Positions 43,950-56,000 of a stretch of DNA of 64,000 nucleotides are shown here, piece after piece. The stretch is from Pseudomonadota bacterium (GTDB lineage: Bacteria; Pseudomonadota; Gammaproteobacteria; Acidiferrobacterales; UBA6901). Position numbers and translations under genes: made by a program. The stretch spans positions 1,715-65,714 of the forward strand of contig JAJYEE010000010.1 of NCBI GenBank assembly GCA_021790335.1. The letters run 5' to 3'. The first letter of the stretch is position 1. Each line of letters begins with the position of its first letter. The notes beneath the pieces are model-generated. The model was given only the letters and a program-made list of their open reading frames with translations. It did not search any database and was not told where the DNA came from.

Positions 43950-44888
43950 ATGAGCACCAAACCCCACCCGCAACCCACAACCGTGCGCCAGCTGGTGCTT
44001 TGGGGCGAACGGCAGCTGCGTGAGGCCGGAGTCACGTTCGGCCACGGTACCGACAACGCTCTCGACGAATCGGCGTGGCTGGTGGGATCGACCATCGGCG
44101 TTGCGCCTGCCGATCTGGAAAGTCAGTTCGACCGACCCTTAAGCGCATCACATCAGGCTGATGCGCGACGCATCATCGAAATGCGCATCCGTACGCGCAA
44201 ACCGGCGGCATACCTTTTGCGAGAGGCCTGGTTTGCGGGTCTCAGGTTCTATGTGGACGAACGGGTCATCGTGCCGCGCTCCCTGATTGGTGAATTTATC
44301 GTGGAGGAATTTCAACCATGGATAGACGGGGGGCGCGTGCACCGCGCACTCGATCTGTGCACCGGCAGTGGCTGCATTGCAGTGGCAATCGCTGGGGCTT
44401 TCCCGCAGGCACAGGTGGATGCCGCCGATATCTCGGCCGAGGCGCTTGAGGTGGCGCGGATCAATATCGGGGCGCATGGGCTGGAGGCGCGGGTGCGCCC
44501 GATCCAGTCCGATCTGTTCTGCGCGCTGGGCAGCGAACGGTACGACCTTATCGTGAGCAATCCGCCGTATGTTGCCGCAGGCGAGCTGGCGTCGCTTCCG
44601 GCCGAATACCGCCACGAACCGGAGCTGGCGCTTGCCTCGGGGGCCGACGGCCTGGAGGCGGTGGCGCGCATTCTTGTTCAGGCCGAGGATCACCTGACAT
44701 CCGGCGGAATCCTTGTCGTAGAGGTCGGCAACAGCCGCGAAGCGCTGGAACTGCGCTTCCCTCTGGTTCCATTCCTGTGGCTAACCACGCGCAGTGGAGA
44801 TGAAAGCGTTTTCCTGATGGACCAGGCAGAGCTGGTGCGCCAGCGTGCGACGTTGCGTAAGGCATTGGAAATTCCGGACTGCAGATAA
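43950..44888 (+). CDS. prmB: 50S ribosomal protein L3 N5-glutamine methyltransferase
   Basis: It has the PrmB pattern (DESAWLV..., EAWFAGLRFYVDERVIVPRS, DLCTGSGCIAVA, IVSNPPYV). The start is tentatively ATG 43950 within ORF 43908..44888. Confidence 0.85.
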   Translation: MSTKPHPQPTTVRQLVLWGERQLREAGVTFGHGTDNALDESAWLVGSTIGVAPADLESQFDRPLSASHQADARRIIEMRIRTRKPAAYLLREAWFAGLRFYVDERVIVPRSLIGEFIVEEFQPWIDGGRVHRALDLCTGSGCIAVAIAGAFPQAQVDAADISAEALEVARINIGAHGLEARVRPIQSDLFCALGSERYDLIVSNPPYVAAGELASLPAEYRHEPELALASGADGLEAVARILVQAEDHLTSGGILVVEVGNSREALELRFPLVPFLWLTTRSGDESVFLMDQAELVRQRATLRKALEIPDCR

Positions 44889-44908
44889 TCGCGTCCCTGG
44901 CATCCGCC

Positions 44909-46651
44909 TCACCGTGTCTGGCGACACAGATCGCGGCTGCGGTACATGTCCTCGATCTCCCTGGCAAAGCGCTCCTCGATCCTGTTCCGGCGCAGCTTGA
45001 GCGTCGGCGTGAGCAGGTCATTCTCCACCGTCCACGCTTCGGTAATGCGCGCGATGTGATATATCCGTGCGTACCCGGGGAAATTCCGCAGCTGGGCGTT
45101 GGCGCGCTCGCACAGCGCACGTTCGTCAGCAAGCCCGCTCACCACTAGAAGTCCGAGGTGCGGGCGGCCTTCACCCACCACCATCACCTGCTGGAAGACC
45201 GGATCGAGCGCAATCGCCTGCTCGGCATCCGCTGGCGGAATCTTTTCCCCATTGCTGAGCACGATGATTTCCTTGGCGCGTCCGACAACGTAAATCCGCC
45301 CTCCCTCGATGCGCACCATATCGCCGGTATGCAGCCAGCCTTCGGCGTCGATTACGGCGCCGGTGGCGGCCGGATTGTTCCAGTAGCCGAGCATCACCTC
45401 CGGCCCGCGCACCAGCAGCTCGCCATCGCCGAGGGTCCTGATCTCAACCCCGGTGACCGGCCGGCCGACCGACGTGGGGTCGTTATCCTCAAGACGGTTG
45501 CAACTCACGACGGGCGCAAACTCGGTAAGCCCATATCCCTGCAGCAAGGGAAGTCCGAGCCCGAGAAACGTGCGCGACAACTGCGGCGCGAGCGCAGCGG
45601 CGCCGGAGACAATCAGGCGCATGCGCCCCCCCAGCCGGCGGCGCAGCTTGCGCGCAACAAGCACATCGAGCAGAGGCCAAAGGAACGTGTCGCCCGGCCG
45701 TGCCTGGCCGGCGAAGCGCCTCCACCCGACATTCACTGCCAGGTCAAAAAGGCGTCGGCGCAAGGAACCGGGCGGCAGGCTCTCCTGCATGCGGGCATAG
45801 ATGCGTTCGAAGATTCGCGGTACACACACCAGCATCGTTGGACGCTGACTCAGGAGATCCTCGGGAAGTTCCGTGATGCCGCGCGCGAAAACGGTACTGG
45901 CGCCGATACACATCGACAGGTAGTAGCCGACGGTACGCTCGAACATATGCGAAAGCGGCAGAAACGAAAGAAAGACGTCTTCGGCATTCATGATCGGCAC
46001 GGCATCGAGACTGGCGCTGACGTTGCTCGCGATATTGCGGTGGCTCAGCATGACGCCTTTCGGCCGCCCCGTCGTGCCCGATGTGTAAACCAGAGTTGCC
46101 AGGTCTGTGGCACGCGCAGGACCTTCATCCAGGCTTTCGCCTCGCGCCGGAAGCCATGCTGATGCAGCGACCGCTGTCCCATCGCCCGCCGGCGCATCGT
46201 TGATGCAGACTACACGAACAAGCGTCGGAACCTGAGCACGCAGATCGCGCCACAACCCGCCATCCTCGAGCAAAAGCAGGCGCACGCCGGCGTCATTCAT
46301 GCACCACGCCATGTTCTCAGCCCTATCGTTATAGAACAGCGGCACGACAACCAGCCCGAGGCTGAGAGCTGCCTGATCGAACAGGATCCATTCGATCCGG
46401 TTGCGCATGCACAGCGCCACGCGGTCTCCGGCCTTGAGACCCTCGCTGCGCAGTGCCGCTCGCCAGCGCCCTGCCTCGCGTCCCGCCTGCGCCCATTCCA
46501 TGTCCTGCCATCGGCCGCGACCCGCATCCCTGGGCATACCGGGATCAGGGTGATACTGACGAAAGGCCCGGCCGTTCGGCGTATCGTGAATACGGGCCAA
46601 GAACAGCTGCGGCAGCGTTGTGTGCTCGGTTATCGGAACACGCATGGTCAT
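44909..46651 (-). CDS. AMP-dependent long-chain acyl-CoA synthetase (FadD/FadK-like)
   Basis: It has the AMP-binding signature LVYTSGTTGRPKGVMLSHRNI plus GYGLTE and TGDM motifs. ATG 46651 overlaps the stop of the upstream gene (ATGA). Confidence 0.9.
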   Translation of the reverse strand: MTMRVPITEHTTLPQLFLARIHDTPNGRAFRQYHPDPGMPRDAGRGRWQDMEWAQAGREAGRWRAALRSEGLKAGDRVALCMRNRIEWILFDQAALSLGLVVVPLFYNDRAENMAWCMNDAGVRLLLLEDGGLWRDLRAQVPTLVRVVCINDAPAGDGTAVAASAWLPARGESLDEGPARATDLATLVYTSGTTGRPKGVMLSHRNIASNVSASLDAVPIMNAEDVFLSFLPLSHMFERTVGYYLSMCIGASTVFARGITELPEDLLSQRPTMLVCVPRIFERIYARMQESLPPGSLRRRLFDLAVNVGWRRFAGQARPGDTFLWPLLDVLVARKLRRRLGGRMRLIVSGAAALAPQLSRTFLGLGLPLLQGYGLTEFAPVVSCNRLEDNDPTSVGRPVTGVEIRTLGDGELLVRGPEVMLGYWNNPAATGAVIDAEGWLHTGDMVRIEGGRIYVVGRAKEIIVLSNGEKIPPADAEQAIALDPVFQQVMVVGEGRPHLGLLVVSGLADERALCERANAQLRNFPGYARIYHIARITEAWTVENDLLTPTLKLRRNRIEERFAREIEDMYRSRDLCRQTR

Positions 46652-48693
46652 CCCCGCAATGCAGCGCGGCGCGCAAACAGGCCGGCCCTGCCCCATGCCT
46701 CATCGGGGGCAAATCGCGGCCCGTACTCCTGCGCTAGCCGCTGCAGACTGCTGGCGATGCCGACCTCGCCCAGCGCCTCGGCATAGCGCATGGGTCCACC
46801 CAGATAGGGCGCAAACCCGGTCCCGTAAACCATTCCCGCGTCCACCGCATCAGGATCACTGACCACCCCCTCGCGCAGGCAGGCAGCTGCCTCATTAAGC
46901 ATGCGCAGAATCAGCCGCTCGGTGACCGGGGCATCGCTGTGCCCGTGGACCGCCCGGCGGCGAGGCTTTCCTGATTTGTCATAGGAATAGAAGCCCCGTC
47001 CAGACTTTTTTCCAAGATCCCCGCGCGCGACGGCTTCGCGCAGGCGTTCCGGCACCGCGATACCAAGTGGACCGGAAAGCATCTCCGCCACTGACAGGCA
47101 GATATCGAGGCCCACTGTGTCGGCCAGCAACACCGGGCCCATGGGCATACCGAAGTGCGTCGCCGCCTGATCGATCTCCTCGATCGCAATTCCCTCCTGA
47201 GCCAGCGTCATTGCCTCGATGAGATACGGCATCAGCACGCGATTGACCAGAAAGCCCGGGCTGCTCCGGACATCCAAAGGAAGACGCTCGATTGCGACGG
47301 TGAATGCCCTGGCGCGTTCCAGGGATGATTCACTGGTCTGCTTTCCTCGCACGATCTCGACGAGCTGCATTTGCGCCACCGGATTGAAGAAATGCAGTCC
47401 GACCAGACGTGACGGATCCCTGAGCACCTCGCCTAGGACCTCCAAAGGAATACTTGAGGTGTTGGTCGCCAGAAGCGTGTCCGGACGTACCATGCTTTCG
47501 ACCGATCGAAGCAGTTCGCGCTTGGCATCCGCCTTCTCGACTATAGCCTCGATAACGAGATCGGCACGATGCAGACCATTGCCATTTGCATCAGGCATCA
47601 ACCGGTCCATCGCATCCTGAATGGCCACCGGTTTCTTAAGCTTCTTCTTGTAGAAGCCGTGGGCCTTCTTGACCGCCCGGGCGAGCGCTTCCGTCTGCGG
47701 ATCCTGCAGACTCACGCGAAAGCCCTTGAACGCGGCCCAGATGGCTATGTCCGCACCCATGGTACCGGCGCCGATCACGTGCAGGTGCGCGACGCCATGC
47801 GAGTGGCGGCGCCCGTGACGCTTCAGCTCCTCGCCAAGCAGAAATATGCTGACCAGGTTGCGGCTCGTACGCCCGACCATCAGCTCACCCAACGAAAGCG
47901 CTTCCTCGTCCTGCGAAGGATTGCGGCGCCACAGGTCAAGCGCCCGGTACGGAGCCGGATAATGATCGGGGTTCGCCTTTTTCCGCAGCTGCCGCTGCAG
48001 CAGGCGCGTGACCGGCTTGCGCAGCATCGGCCACGACGGCACGCGTTTCCACCAGGCTGCGCGCCTTCGACGTGAGTGGCGCGCAATGAACGCGTGCGCC
48101 GCGTGCATCAGGTGACGATCAGGCACGATTTCGTCAACAAGACCAAGCGCGAGTGCCTGGCGGGAACTCACCGTGCGGCCCGTCAGGATGAGATCAAGCG
48201 CCGCTAGATCGCCGATCAGCGGCGGAAGCCGCACGGTTCCGGCGAAACCCGGATGGATTCCGAGCCGTACTTCCGGCAGGCCCAGCCGCGTTGCGTCGTC
48301 TTCGCGCGCGATACGATAGGTGCAGGCGAGCGCCAGCTCAAGCCCGCCACCCAGGCAATTGCCATGAATCAGCGCGACGCTGGGGAATGGCAGGCCCGCA
48401 AGTCGATTGAACACGGCCTGCCCCGCCCGCGCCAGGGCGGCGGCCTGCACCGAGTCACCTATCTTCTGGAACTCGTTGACATCTGCGCCTACGATGAAGC
48501 CGTTGACCTTTGCCGAACGAATGATTAAGCCATGGAGCGGACGGACTTCGATTTGTCCCAGGATGCGGTCGAATTCTTCCAGCACCACGGACGACAGAGC
48601 GTTGGCGCGCTGTCCGACCACATCGAGCGTCAGCACGACGGTTTCGTCGGTTTCCTCGATGCGCCAATTGGCCGCGTCAATATCCATGTTCAT
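46648..48693 (-). CDS. fused enoyl-CoA hydratase / 3-hydroxyacyl-CoA dehydrogenase (FadB/FadJ-like)
   Basis: It has an N-terminal crotonase fold (IHGNCLGGGLELALAC) and a C-terminal NAD-binding HAD domain (HVIGAGTMGADIA). ATG 48693 overlaps the thiolase stop (ATGA). Confidence 0.92.
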   Translation of the reverse strand: MNMDIDAANWRIEETDETVVLTLDVVGQRANALSSVVLEEFDRILGQIEVRPLHGLIIRSAKVNGFIVGADVNEFQKIGDSVQAAALARAGQAVFNRLAGLPFPSVALIHGNCLGGGLELALACTYRIAREDDATRLGLPEVRLGIHPGFAGTVRLPPLIGDLAALDLILTGRTVSSRQALALGLVDEIVPDRHLMHAAHAFIARHSRRRRAAWWKRVPSWPMLRKPVTRLLQRQLRKKANPDHYPAPYRALDLWRRNPSQDEEALSLGELMVGRTSRNLVSIFLLGEELKRHGRRHSHGVAHLHVIGAGTMGADIAIWAAFKGFRVSLQDPQTEALARAVKKAHGFYKKKLKKPVAIQDAMDRLMPDANGNGLHRADLVIEAIVEKADAKRELLRSVESMVRPDTLLATNTSSIPLEVLGEVLRDPSRLVGLHFFNPVAQMQLVEIVRGKQTSESSLERARAFTVAIERLPLDVRSSPGFLVNRVLMPYLIEAMTLAQEGIAIEEIDQAATHFGMPMGPVLLADTVGLDICLSVAEMLSGPLGIAVPERLREAVARGDLGKKSGRGFYSYDKSGKPRRRAVHGHSDAPVTERLILRMLNEAAACLREGVVSDPDAVDAGMVYGTGFAPYLGGPMRYAEALGEVGIASSLQRLAQEYGPRFAPDEAWGRAGLFARRAALRG

Positions 48694-49988
48694 GCTGAGT
48701 CCCCTTTCGCGCGCACCAGCATCGCACCGCCCTGGCCGCCGCCGATGCAAAGAGTTGCAATGCCGAGCCCGCCCCCGTGACGCCGCAGCGAACGCAGCAG
48801 GTGCAGAACGATCCGCGCACCGCTAGCGCCGACGGGATGGCCGATCGCGACCGCGCCGCCTTCAGTGTTGAGGCGCGCCGGATCTACCGGACCTATCGGA
48901 GCGTCAAGACCGAGTTCGTCGTGGGCGTATTCGGGGCTTGCCCATGCAGCCTGGCAGGCGAGGACCTGAGCGGCAAACGCTTCGTTGAGTTCCATCTTTC
49001 GGATATCGTCCATGCTAAGCGCGAACCGGGCCAACAATCTTGCCACGGCATGCACTGGTCCAAGACCCATCTGGCTCGGATCGACGCCCGCCCATTCTTC
49101 GCCCAAGAGTTCGCCCAGCACCGTCAGGCCGTAGCGTTGCACGGCAGCCTCGCTCGCCAGCATGAGCATAGCCGCACCGTCGGTCACTTGCGAGCTGTTG
49201 CCCGAGGTCACCGAGCCGTACTTGCGGTCGAACACCGGTCTGAGCTTGGCTAGCTTGTCCATGTCGGTATCCCTGCGCAGTCCATTATCCTCCTCATAAA
49301 CACGGCCACGGGAATCGAATAGCGGAACGATCTCATCGTGCATCTGTCCGGCGCCATAGGCTGCCGCCAGTCGCTGATGGCTGCCGAGCGCATAGGCGTC
49401 CTGCTCCGTGCGCGTAATGCCGAATCGATGTGCGACGATTTCCGCGGTCTGGCCCATATTGAGTTTCACCAGCGGGTCGGTCAGCCCCAGCAGCAGCGTG
49501 TATACCGGGGCCAGATGTGACAGCCGGAAGCCGGCCACGGCACGCGCACGCGCAACGGGATTACGTGCACGCAGGACCCCAGCGAGCCAGCCCGTCATGG
49601 CGGTATTCCACTGGATAGGCGCGCGGCTCATCGCCTCGGTGCCGCCGGCGAGAACCAGATGCGCCCGCCCCTGCGCGATGCGCTCGCGCGCGCACGCCAG
49701 CGCCTGCAGCCCGGATGCGCAGTTGCGCTGGACCGTGAAGGCGGGGACGGTTTTGCCGCAGCCCAGGCGCAATCCGATAATGCGTGCGACGTTGGCTTCA
49801 TCCGGCGCCGGAATGACGCAGCCGACGATGATTTCGTCGACCTGTTCCGGCGCAAACGGCGCGCGCGCAAGCACTGGCCGGGCGGCGGCCACCGCCAGAT
49901 CGGCCGCACTGAACTCATTTGGCTGGCCGCGGGTTTTCAGAAACGGCGTGCGTAACCCATCGATGACGTAAACCTTTGCATCCGACAT
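48690..49988 (-). CDS. acetyl-CoA C-acyltransferase (thiolase, FadA/FadI-like)
   Basis: 432 aa. It has VQRNCASGLQA (the active-site Cys block) and, at the C-terminus, NTEGGAVAIGHPVGASGARI...CIGGGQG. AGGAGA lies 6 nt upstream of the ATG. Confidence 0.93.
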   Translation of the reverse strand: MSDAKVYVIDGLRTPFLKTRGQPNEFSAADLAVAAARPVLARAPFAPEQVDEIIVGCVIPAPDEANVARIIGLRLGCGKTVPAFTVQRNCASGLQALACARERIAQGRAHLVLAGGTEAMSRAPIQWNTAMTGWLAGVLRARNPVARARAVAGFRLSHLAPVYTLLLGLTDPLVKLNMGQTAEIVAHRFGITRTEQDAYALGSHQRLAAAYGAGQMHDEIVPLFDSRGRVYEEDNGLRRDTDMDKLAKLRPVFDRKYGSVTSGNSSQVTDGAAMLMLASEAAVQRYGLTVLGELLGEEWAGVDPSQMGLGPVHAVARLLARFALSMDDIRKMELNEAFAAQVLACQAAWASPEYAHDELGLDAPIGPVDPARLNTEGGAVAIGHPVGASGARIVLHLLRSLRRHGGGLGIATLCIGGGQGGAMLVRAKGDSA

Positions 49989-50010
49989 AGTTGTCTCCTA
50001 ATCGCCCACG

Positions 50011-50028
50011 GTGGCGGAAGCCCGCCAC
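50011..50028 (-). other. intercistronic hairpin between giant ORF and thiolase
   Basis: gtggcgg-aagc-ccgccac is a 7-bp GC stem with a 4-nt loop. It lies in the 55-nt spacer between the giant-ORF stop (50044) and the thiolase start (49988). Confidence 0.4.
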
Positions 50029-50043
50029 ACTGTCCTGCCTGAC

Positions 50044-53000
50044 TCAGTCGTCCCCGGCAGATTGCAGAGTGCCATCAGCACCCAGAAATCGCACCAGCGC
50101 AGGGATCCATTCCTCAAGGTCGCCGACACAGGCGATGACATGCGGTCCCGGATTCTGGTGCGACCAGCTGAAAATCGAAGCATCCGGATCGCGGTTGATC
50201 GCGATCACTATGGCACCCGGATCGATCCAACCCATGTGCTGTGGCGCCCCAGAGACGCCCAGCGCCAGCAGCAACGCCGGCGCCACCGGAACACCGGTCT
50301 GACCGATCTGCCGGTCGACCGGCAGAAGCTTGAGCTCTTGGGTCACCTTGCGCGTCGCCCCCAGCTCCACGGCCTCGCCGCTAAGACGTTCGAGCACCGC
50401 GCACAGAGGCGGAACGAGTTCTTTGTAATTGGATTCATTCGTAACGCCGAGTCCTACGTCTACGATGAACTTGGCCGTCGTCAGACCTCCTCCCGTAGCC
50501 ACGCGCACCTGAGCACGCCCTAGCGCCGAACTTCGCAGGTGCGCCTCGGGCAGCGGCGTGACCGGGAGCGGCAGGGATGCTGGAGCCGCCAGTGGCGGCG
50601 CGTTGCATGAACGGCCGATGATCAGCAGCGCAGCGTCGGGCAGCGGGTAATCCGCCTCGTAACCATCGCGGGAACAGGTCACAACGTCGGATGTGACCGC
50701 AATTACCTCATCGAACAACGCCACTCCGAGACGCGCTGCCAGCGCCGCGCCGAGCGCGCGATGTTCCGCGCTCAACACAATGCGGTGCGGTACGCCGATG
50801 TGCTCGGCCAGCAGGTCGGCCAGCGCCGCATGCAGCACCGCGCCGTGCAGCGGCAGCTGCCACAGACCTGCGAACCCAGGCTGGCCAAGCAGCAGCGATA
50901 CCGGGGGAAAGATCCGTCCGGCAGGAAGCCAAGCGAGTACGCCGAACCCGGCGTCCAGCCCGACCAGCGCGCGCAGTGCCGATTCGCGACTGGCGCCGGC
51001 CAGCACGTCCGCCGGGGTCAACCACAGATTGTGGCCGGCCAATGACAGCCGTGCCAACCGGGTCGCCGCCGGATCATCGGGGACGACACCCGCATTGAAC
51101 CGGCCCCTGAGCCAGGCTGCAAGCTCACCGACGTCCGCAAAGCGCTGCGGCAGATCGGCGGCCGGCGGCGGGGCCGGCAGTCGCACAGCCGTCGGCAGCG
51201 GATACCCAACGGCCTCGGCGCACGGCAGATCGGTGCGCAGTGCCACGAGCCAATCCCGCACTCCGTAACGACCGGCGCGGCCGCCCGGCTTCGGATCCCA
51301 CACGAATGCGATACGGCGCCGGTCGCTGATGAATCTCCGCCGCCAGGCAGCATCTTCCACCCACAAACCATGCGCAACATCGCCCAGGGCGGTCGCGCCG
51401 TCCACGAGATCGACACCAAGAAGCTGGCCCATGTTCGCGGCAAAGCCGCGGTCGCGGGGGCTCGACGCACCACATCCGAACGCCCATCGCCGCACCTGCG
51501 GCCAGGCTTGCAGGATGGAGGAAGCCGCGCCCGCCATTTCGGCGGCGCCAGCCGGCTGGGCAATGTGCAGAACCTCGGCACCGGCCGCCTGCAGACGGCG
51601 CAGTGCGTCGGCGGTGTCGCGCGGCGCGATCGCGGCGACTTTCACGTGCATGGCCGGGAACCGGTCCGACCACAACAGCAGGCGGTCGAGCACCGCCAGA
51701 TCGGCCGTATCCCATCCGGCCCACTCGAGACCACGGGGCCCGGGTTCGAAACGGCTGCGCAACACGGTCGCCCATTCTCCCGACAGTGCGCCCACTGCCA
51801 TGGGGCCATCATCCACCCTCGCCGGCACGGCCAGCGCTGCGCGTGCCAGGGCCAGGCCGGCGTCGCTGGGACCCGTATCACCATGCTCGGCCTGCTCGAA
51901 ATCCGAACGCACCATCCCGGCCACATCCTGCACGTGCTGCGCGATGCTGGCTTCACTCGCACGCAAACGCGCAATGTTCTCCCGGTCCACGGGGTCGCCA
52001 TGGGATTCCAGCAAACGGGTGCGCTCGTGCAGTGCCGACCAGCTGTAAAGTTCGGCTACCCAATCGACAACGGGGAACCAGCGGGCCTGCAGATCCGGAT
52101 TCTGCCAGACCCCGGCACCAAGCTCTGCGACACGACCCGCTGCAAATTCGCGGAACTTCTGGAGTGCGGCATCGAGCGGCGCATTGTCGGCAACCTGCAT
52201 TGCCTGTTCGCGCAGCAGGTTCGGCAGGTCCTTGAGCACAAGGAAGCGCTGGACCTCGTTCGTGCCTTCGTAGATGTTCAGGATACGGATGTCGCGCCGC
52301 CATTTTTCCAGCATCTGTTCGCGTGCGGCGGCATCGGGGCCATAGAGTCTCTCCAGCCAGCCAAGGATACGGTGCGCGCCCTCGGAGGCGAGGTACTTGG
52401 AAAGCGCCGCCTCAATGCGAAAATCTCCGCGCTGCAGGTCGGACCGGTCCATGAGGCCCACCAGGCGCGCCGCCAGGGTCTGCAGGCGGTCGCACTCTGC
52501 CTGAGCTGCGGCGTGCAAGGCCGGGTCCTTCTGCCACACTGTCAGAAACTCCCGCAACACGCGCTCGGCGAGCGTTGCACAGCTCATGACCAGGCCGCCA
52601 CGCCCAACACTCAGCGTCTCCAGTGCGTTCACCTGCCCATGACCCGTGAAGCCGATCACCTGATCCGCGCTTACCCGCACGCGGTCCAGAGTCAGCTCGT
52701 TGGTCGGCGAAGCACGCTGGCCGAGCTTGTTTTCGTTCGGACCGATGTGCAACCCCTCGGAGCGGCGTTCCAGCATAAAGCCGGTTTCCCCGGTTGCGGT
52801 CTGGGCATACAGACAGTAACGATCCGCGATTGAACCGTTGGTGATCCACATCTTGCTTCCCGACAGTTCCCAGTAACGATAGAAGGCCTTGCCATTTCTG
52901 ACGACAACGGTGCCGATGTCGTCATAGGGATATGTGTGCCCGCCGACGCAAATCCGGCGGCGGCCACTGTTACGCGCCAGATCCCAGTCACTGTCATCGA

Positions 53001-56000
53001 GGCTGGCCAGGCTGCCGTCCGGCATGCGAAAGAACGCGCGGCGCGACTCGAATACCAGACGCCGCGCATCCAGCAGACAACGCGGTTTTTCGGTGCCGAC
53101 GACAGTGAAGCGATACAGCCCCTGGTCGTCCGCATGCGCCTGCACCTCACGAAGGACCGCGCGCGCCTGAATGCCCCCGGTGTCGGAGCCGGCGGCCGGC
53201 TCCGTGAGCGCAAAGGCACTGATCTGTCCGCAGGCAAGGAACTGCAGAAAGCGCTCGTGTGCGCTCTCGCGCGCATCGATTTCCTGCTGTTCGTCTCTGA
53301 GCCGGGCGCGCACCGCCGGCAGGCTGTCCCGGCATCGTCGCAGGCAATCCCCGAAGGTCCCGAGATCATGCGCTTTCGCCGCTTGCATGGTCTGGCGCAT
53401 GAGCTCGAGAAAATCGCGGGTCAGGTACTTGAGTGTCGAACCGGAAAAGAGAAACATGCGCTGAACCCGTCCGCCGAGGCTCTCCAGCTTGCGCCGCAGG
53501 GGCTTCGGCTCCGGACGCTCGACCATTTCGATAAGTCGATCCAGGTCCTCCTTTAATTCCCGCCATCCGGACGCATCGGCCAGACACGCGTCGATCTCGT
53601 GGCGCAGCCGCGGCAGATCCTTGTCGCGGCCGAGCAACACCGGCATGGTGCCGATGCTGGTGCTGGCCATGATCAGCAAACCGGTGGCGGTATCCTTTTC
53701 TCCCATGCACAGATTGGTGAGCACCGAGTACTGGGCCTTGCTCCAGCCCTTTCCCCCGAGACTTGCGGGCACAACCGTCGCAAAGGCGTTGAATTCACGC
53801 AGCAGCTGAATGTCGCCTTCCGGCATTCCGTGCAGGAAGTCGATGTAACGACCATAGGGTTCGCCCCTGCGCGGGCTGCGAAAACCGCGGCGCAGCAGCC
53901 GCAGAACGTCGGCGCGTGTACGGCGCAGCAACGGGTCCCGACGGAAATGCTCAGGGACGAGCAGCTTGTCGGGCGCGAGCAGGTTTCCGCTCAGGAAGCC
54001 ACCGCTTTGGTAGGTGAACTTCCTGTATGCTTCCCACATCAGCGGAAGGCGCGGGCGCAGAGGCTTGTGCCGCAGTGGTTCGGCCCGCAGCGGGCGCAAT
54101 GTGCGCAGGCACCGGCGCGCGCTCGCGAACTGCAGCAGGCTATCGGCCACCACATAGTCTATGTCCGACTCCGGCAGCGTCTGCGCGAGCAGGCGCATGC
54201 CAAAGTCGGGATCTTCGCTCGCAAGCGCGCGCGATCCCGGCCATTGGCTGAACAGGATCGCGTCGCGGTAGCGGGGCGCGAGGATGTCCTCTTCAGAATA
54301 TGCCATGCCTCCGAAAATCTGTCCGGTGAGCCAGGGCACGCCATCCATCCACGGCCCCATGCACTCGCGCACAAGCAGCAGTACCCGCTCCGGCTCCCGC
54401 TGGCACCAGCGGCGCGCCAGGCCGAGAAGCGCATACGCGTACTCCACACCCGCCAGCATCTGCTTGACCACGCCGAACTTGGCGATGCTCTCGCGCCCCT
54501 CGCTGTCCCGCAGTTCGCCGCGGAACTGGACCCGGGTAGCGGCATATTCCAGTGCACGACGGCGCAGCACCGCCGCCTGGCCGAGAGCCAGCGCAACGCT
54601 CATTTCGGCAATCTCGGCGGTTGCGGAAAACCCGCTGACATCGTCCGCGACGCGCCTGCGCACCGGCTGGGCGGCGTCGGCGCCGGCACCGTGCGCAGCG
54701 ACTTCTCCGACAGATCTGCTGACGCCATGCAGGTCGACAAAGCGCTCGACGACCCCTGGCAACCAATTCGAATTTCCGTCTTCCTCGCGCCACAATGGCG
54801 CGGCCAGAACATCCGTGATCGTGTGTCCGGCGTAAGCCTCCGCCAAGTAGTGTCCGGCGGCCATCCACGCCAGCGCGCTCGACCAGCCTGCCAGCCATTC
54901 GACGGCGGCAGCACGATGTGCGCGCGCGGCGACGATCCAGTCACGCAAGGCACGCCGGTCGGAAAGCTCCCAGGGCGCGTGCCCGAGCAATTTGAGTCGC
55001 TCCGACGGAAAATCGGTCTTCAACCGCTCCCACACACGCTGATTGCGCTGCAGGGCGTGCGTGCCGTTGTCGCGCACGCCCTGCCCGTCGGCCGGCAACG
55101 CCCGCGCCTGCTCCAGCAGGGCGTGCACTTCGGTCTCCATCCAACCGTAGGCGTGGCGCTGCAACCACGCGTCCATGCGCGCGACTTTCGGTCGCGTCTG
55201 CTCGTTGTGAGGAATCGCCCTCAACAGTTTTTCCCAGGCACGCGGCCATTCCCCGGCAACCATCGCCGGTCGGGCGCGCAGCGACTGATACAGGCGCTGC
55301 CAGATGCTGCGCTCGGCAACGCTCAGAGGTAACGGCTCGGCCGAGACAAGTTCCAGCGCAGAAGTCACGGAAGAATCCGGGCCGCTTCGAGTATTTCCCG
55401 GAACCCGATAGGCAAATCGGTGATTGCTGTTACGATTCCAGTCCACCCCAGGCACCGTCACGCGGCAGGACTCACACTTGATGCAGTTTTCGTGCTGGCT
55501 CGCAACCCCGCCCAGCTGACCGACGAGACTGTAGACCTCCGCCGGGCAGACATTGCGCAGCTGCTGCGCCGCTGCGCCGAGACCCAAGGGTACGGTCACA
55601 TGCCGTGGGTCGGGTCGATAGCGCACGAGCGGAGCGATCCATGTTGTCGGGGAAGCAGCGCTTCGGTGGGCTTCGCCCCAGTCAAGCCGACTGCGCGTGC
55701 TATCGTCATAACGATGGTAAGGCCGCAGGAGCAGTTCGCGCAGCGGCAGGCGGCAGGCTTTGTACGCTGCGAGATCGCCGAGCAGCGACGCACCCCCGGT
55801 GAGCGCACCCAGCCCCAGGCCGGCAATGCGTGGCAGTGCCTGCGGCAGGCGCACCATGCTGCGCCAGACCAACGCCACGCGATCGGCGAACGCCGGCAAA
55901 CGCCGGCCGTAGAAATGACCGATCGCCTGGCCAGCCAGCGCCAGCAAAGGATCGTCCTGTACCGCGACCGGCACCGGCGCACTGCCGGCACGCGAGACCA

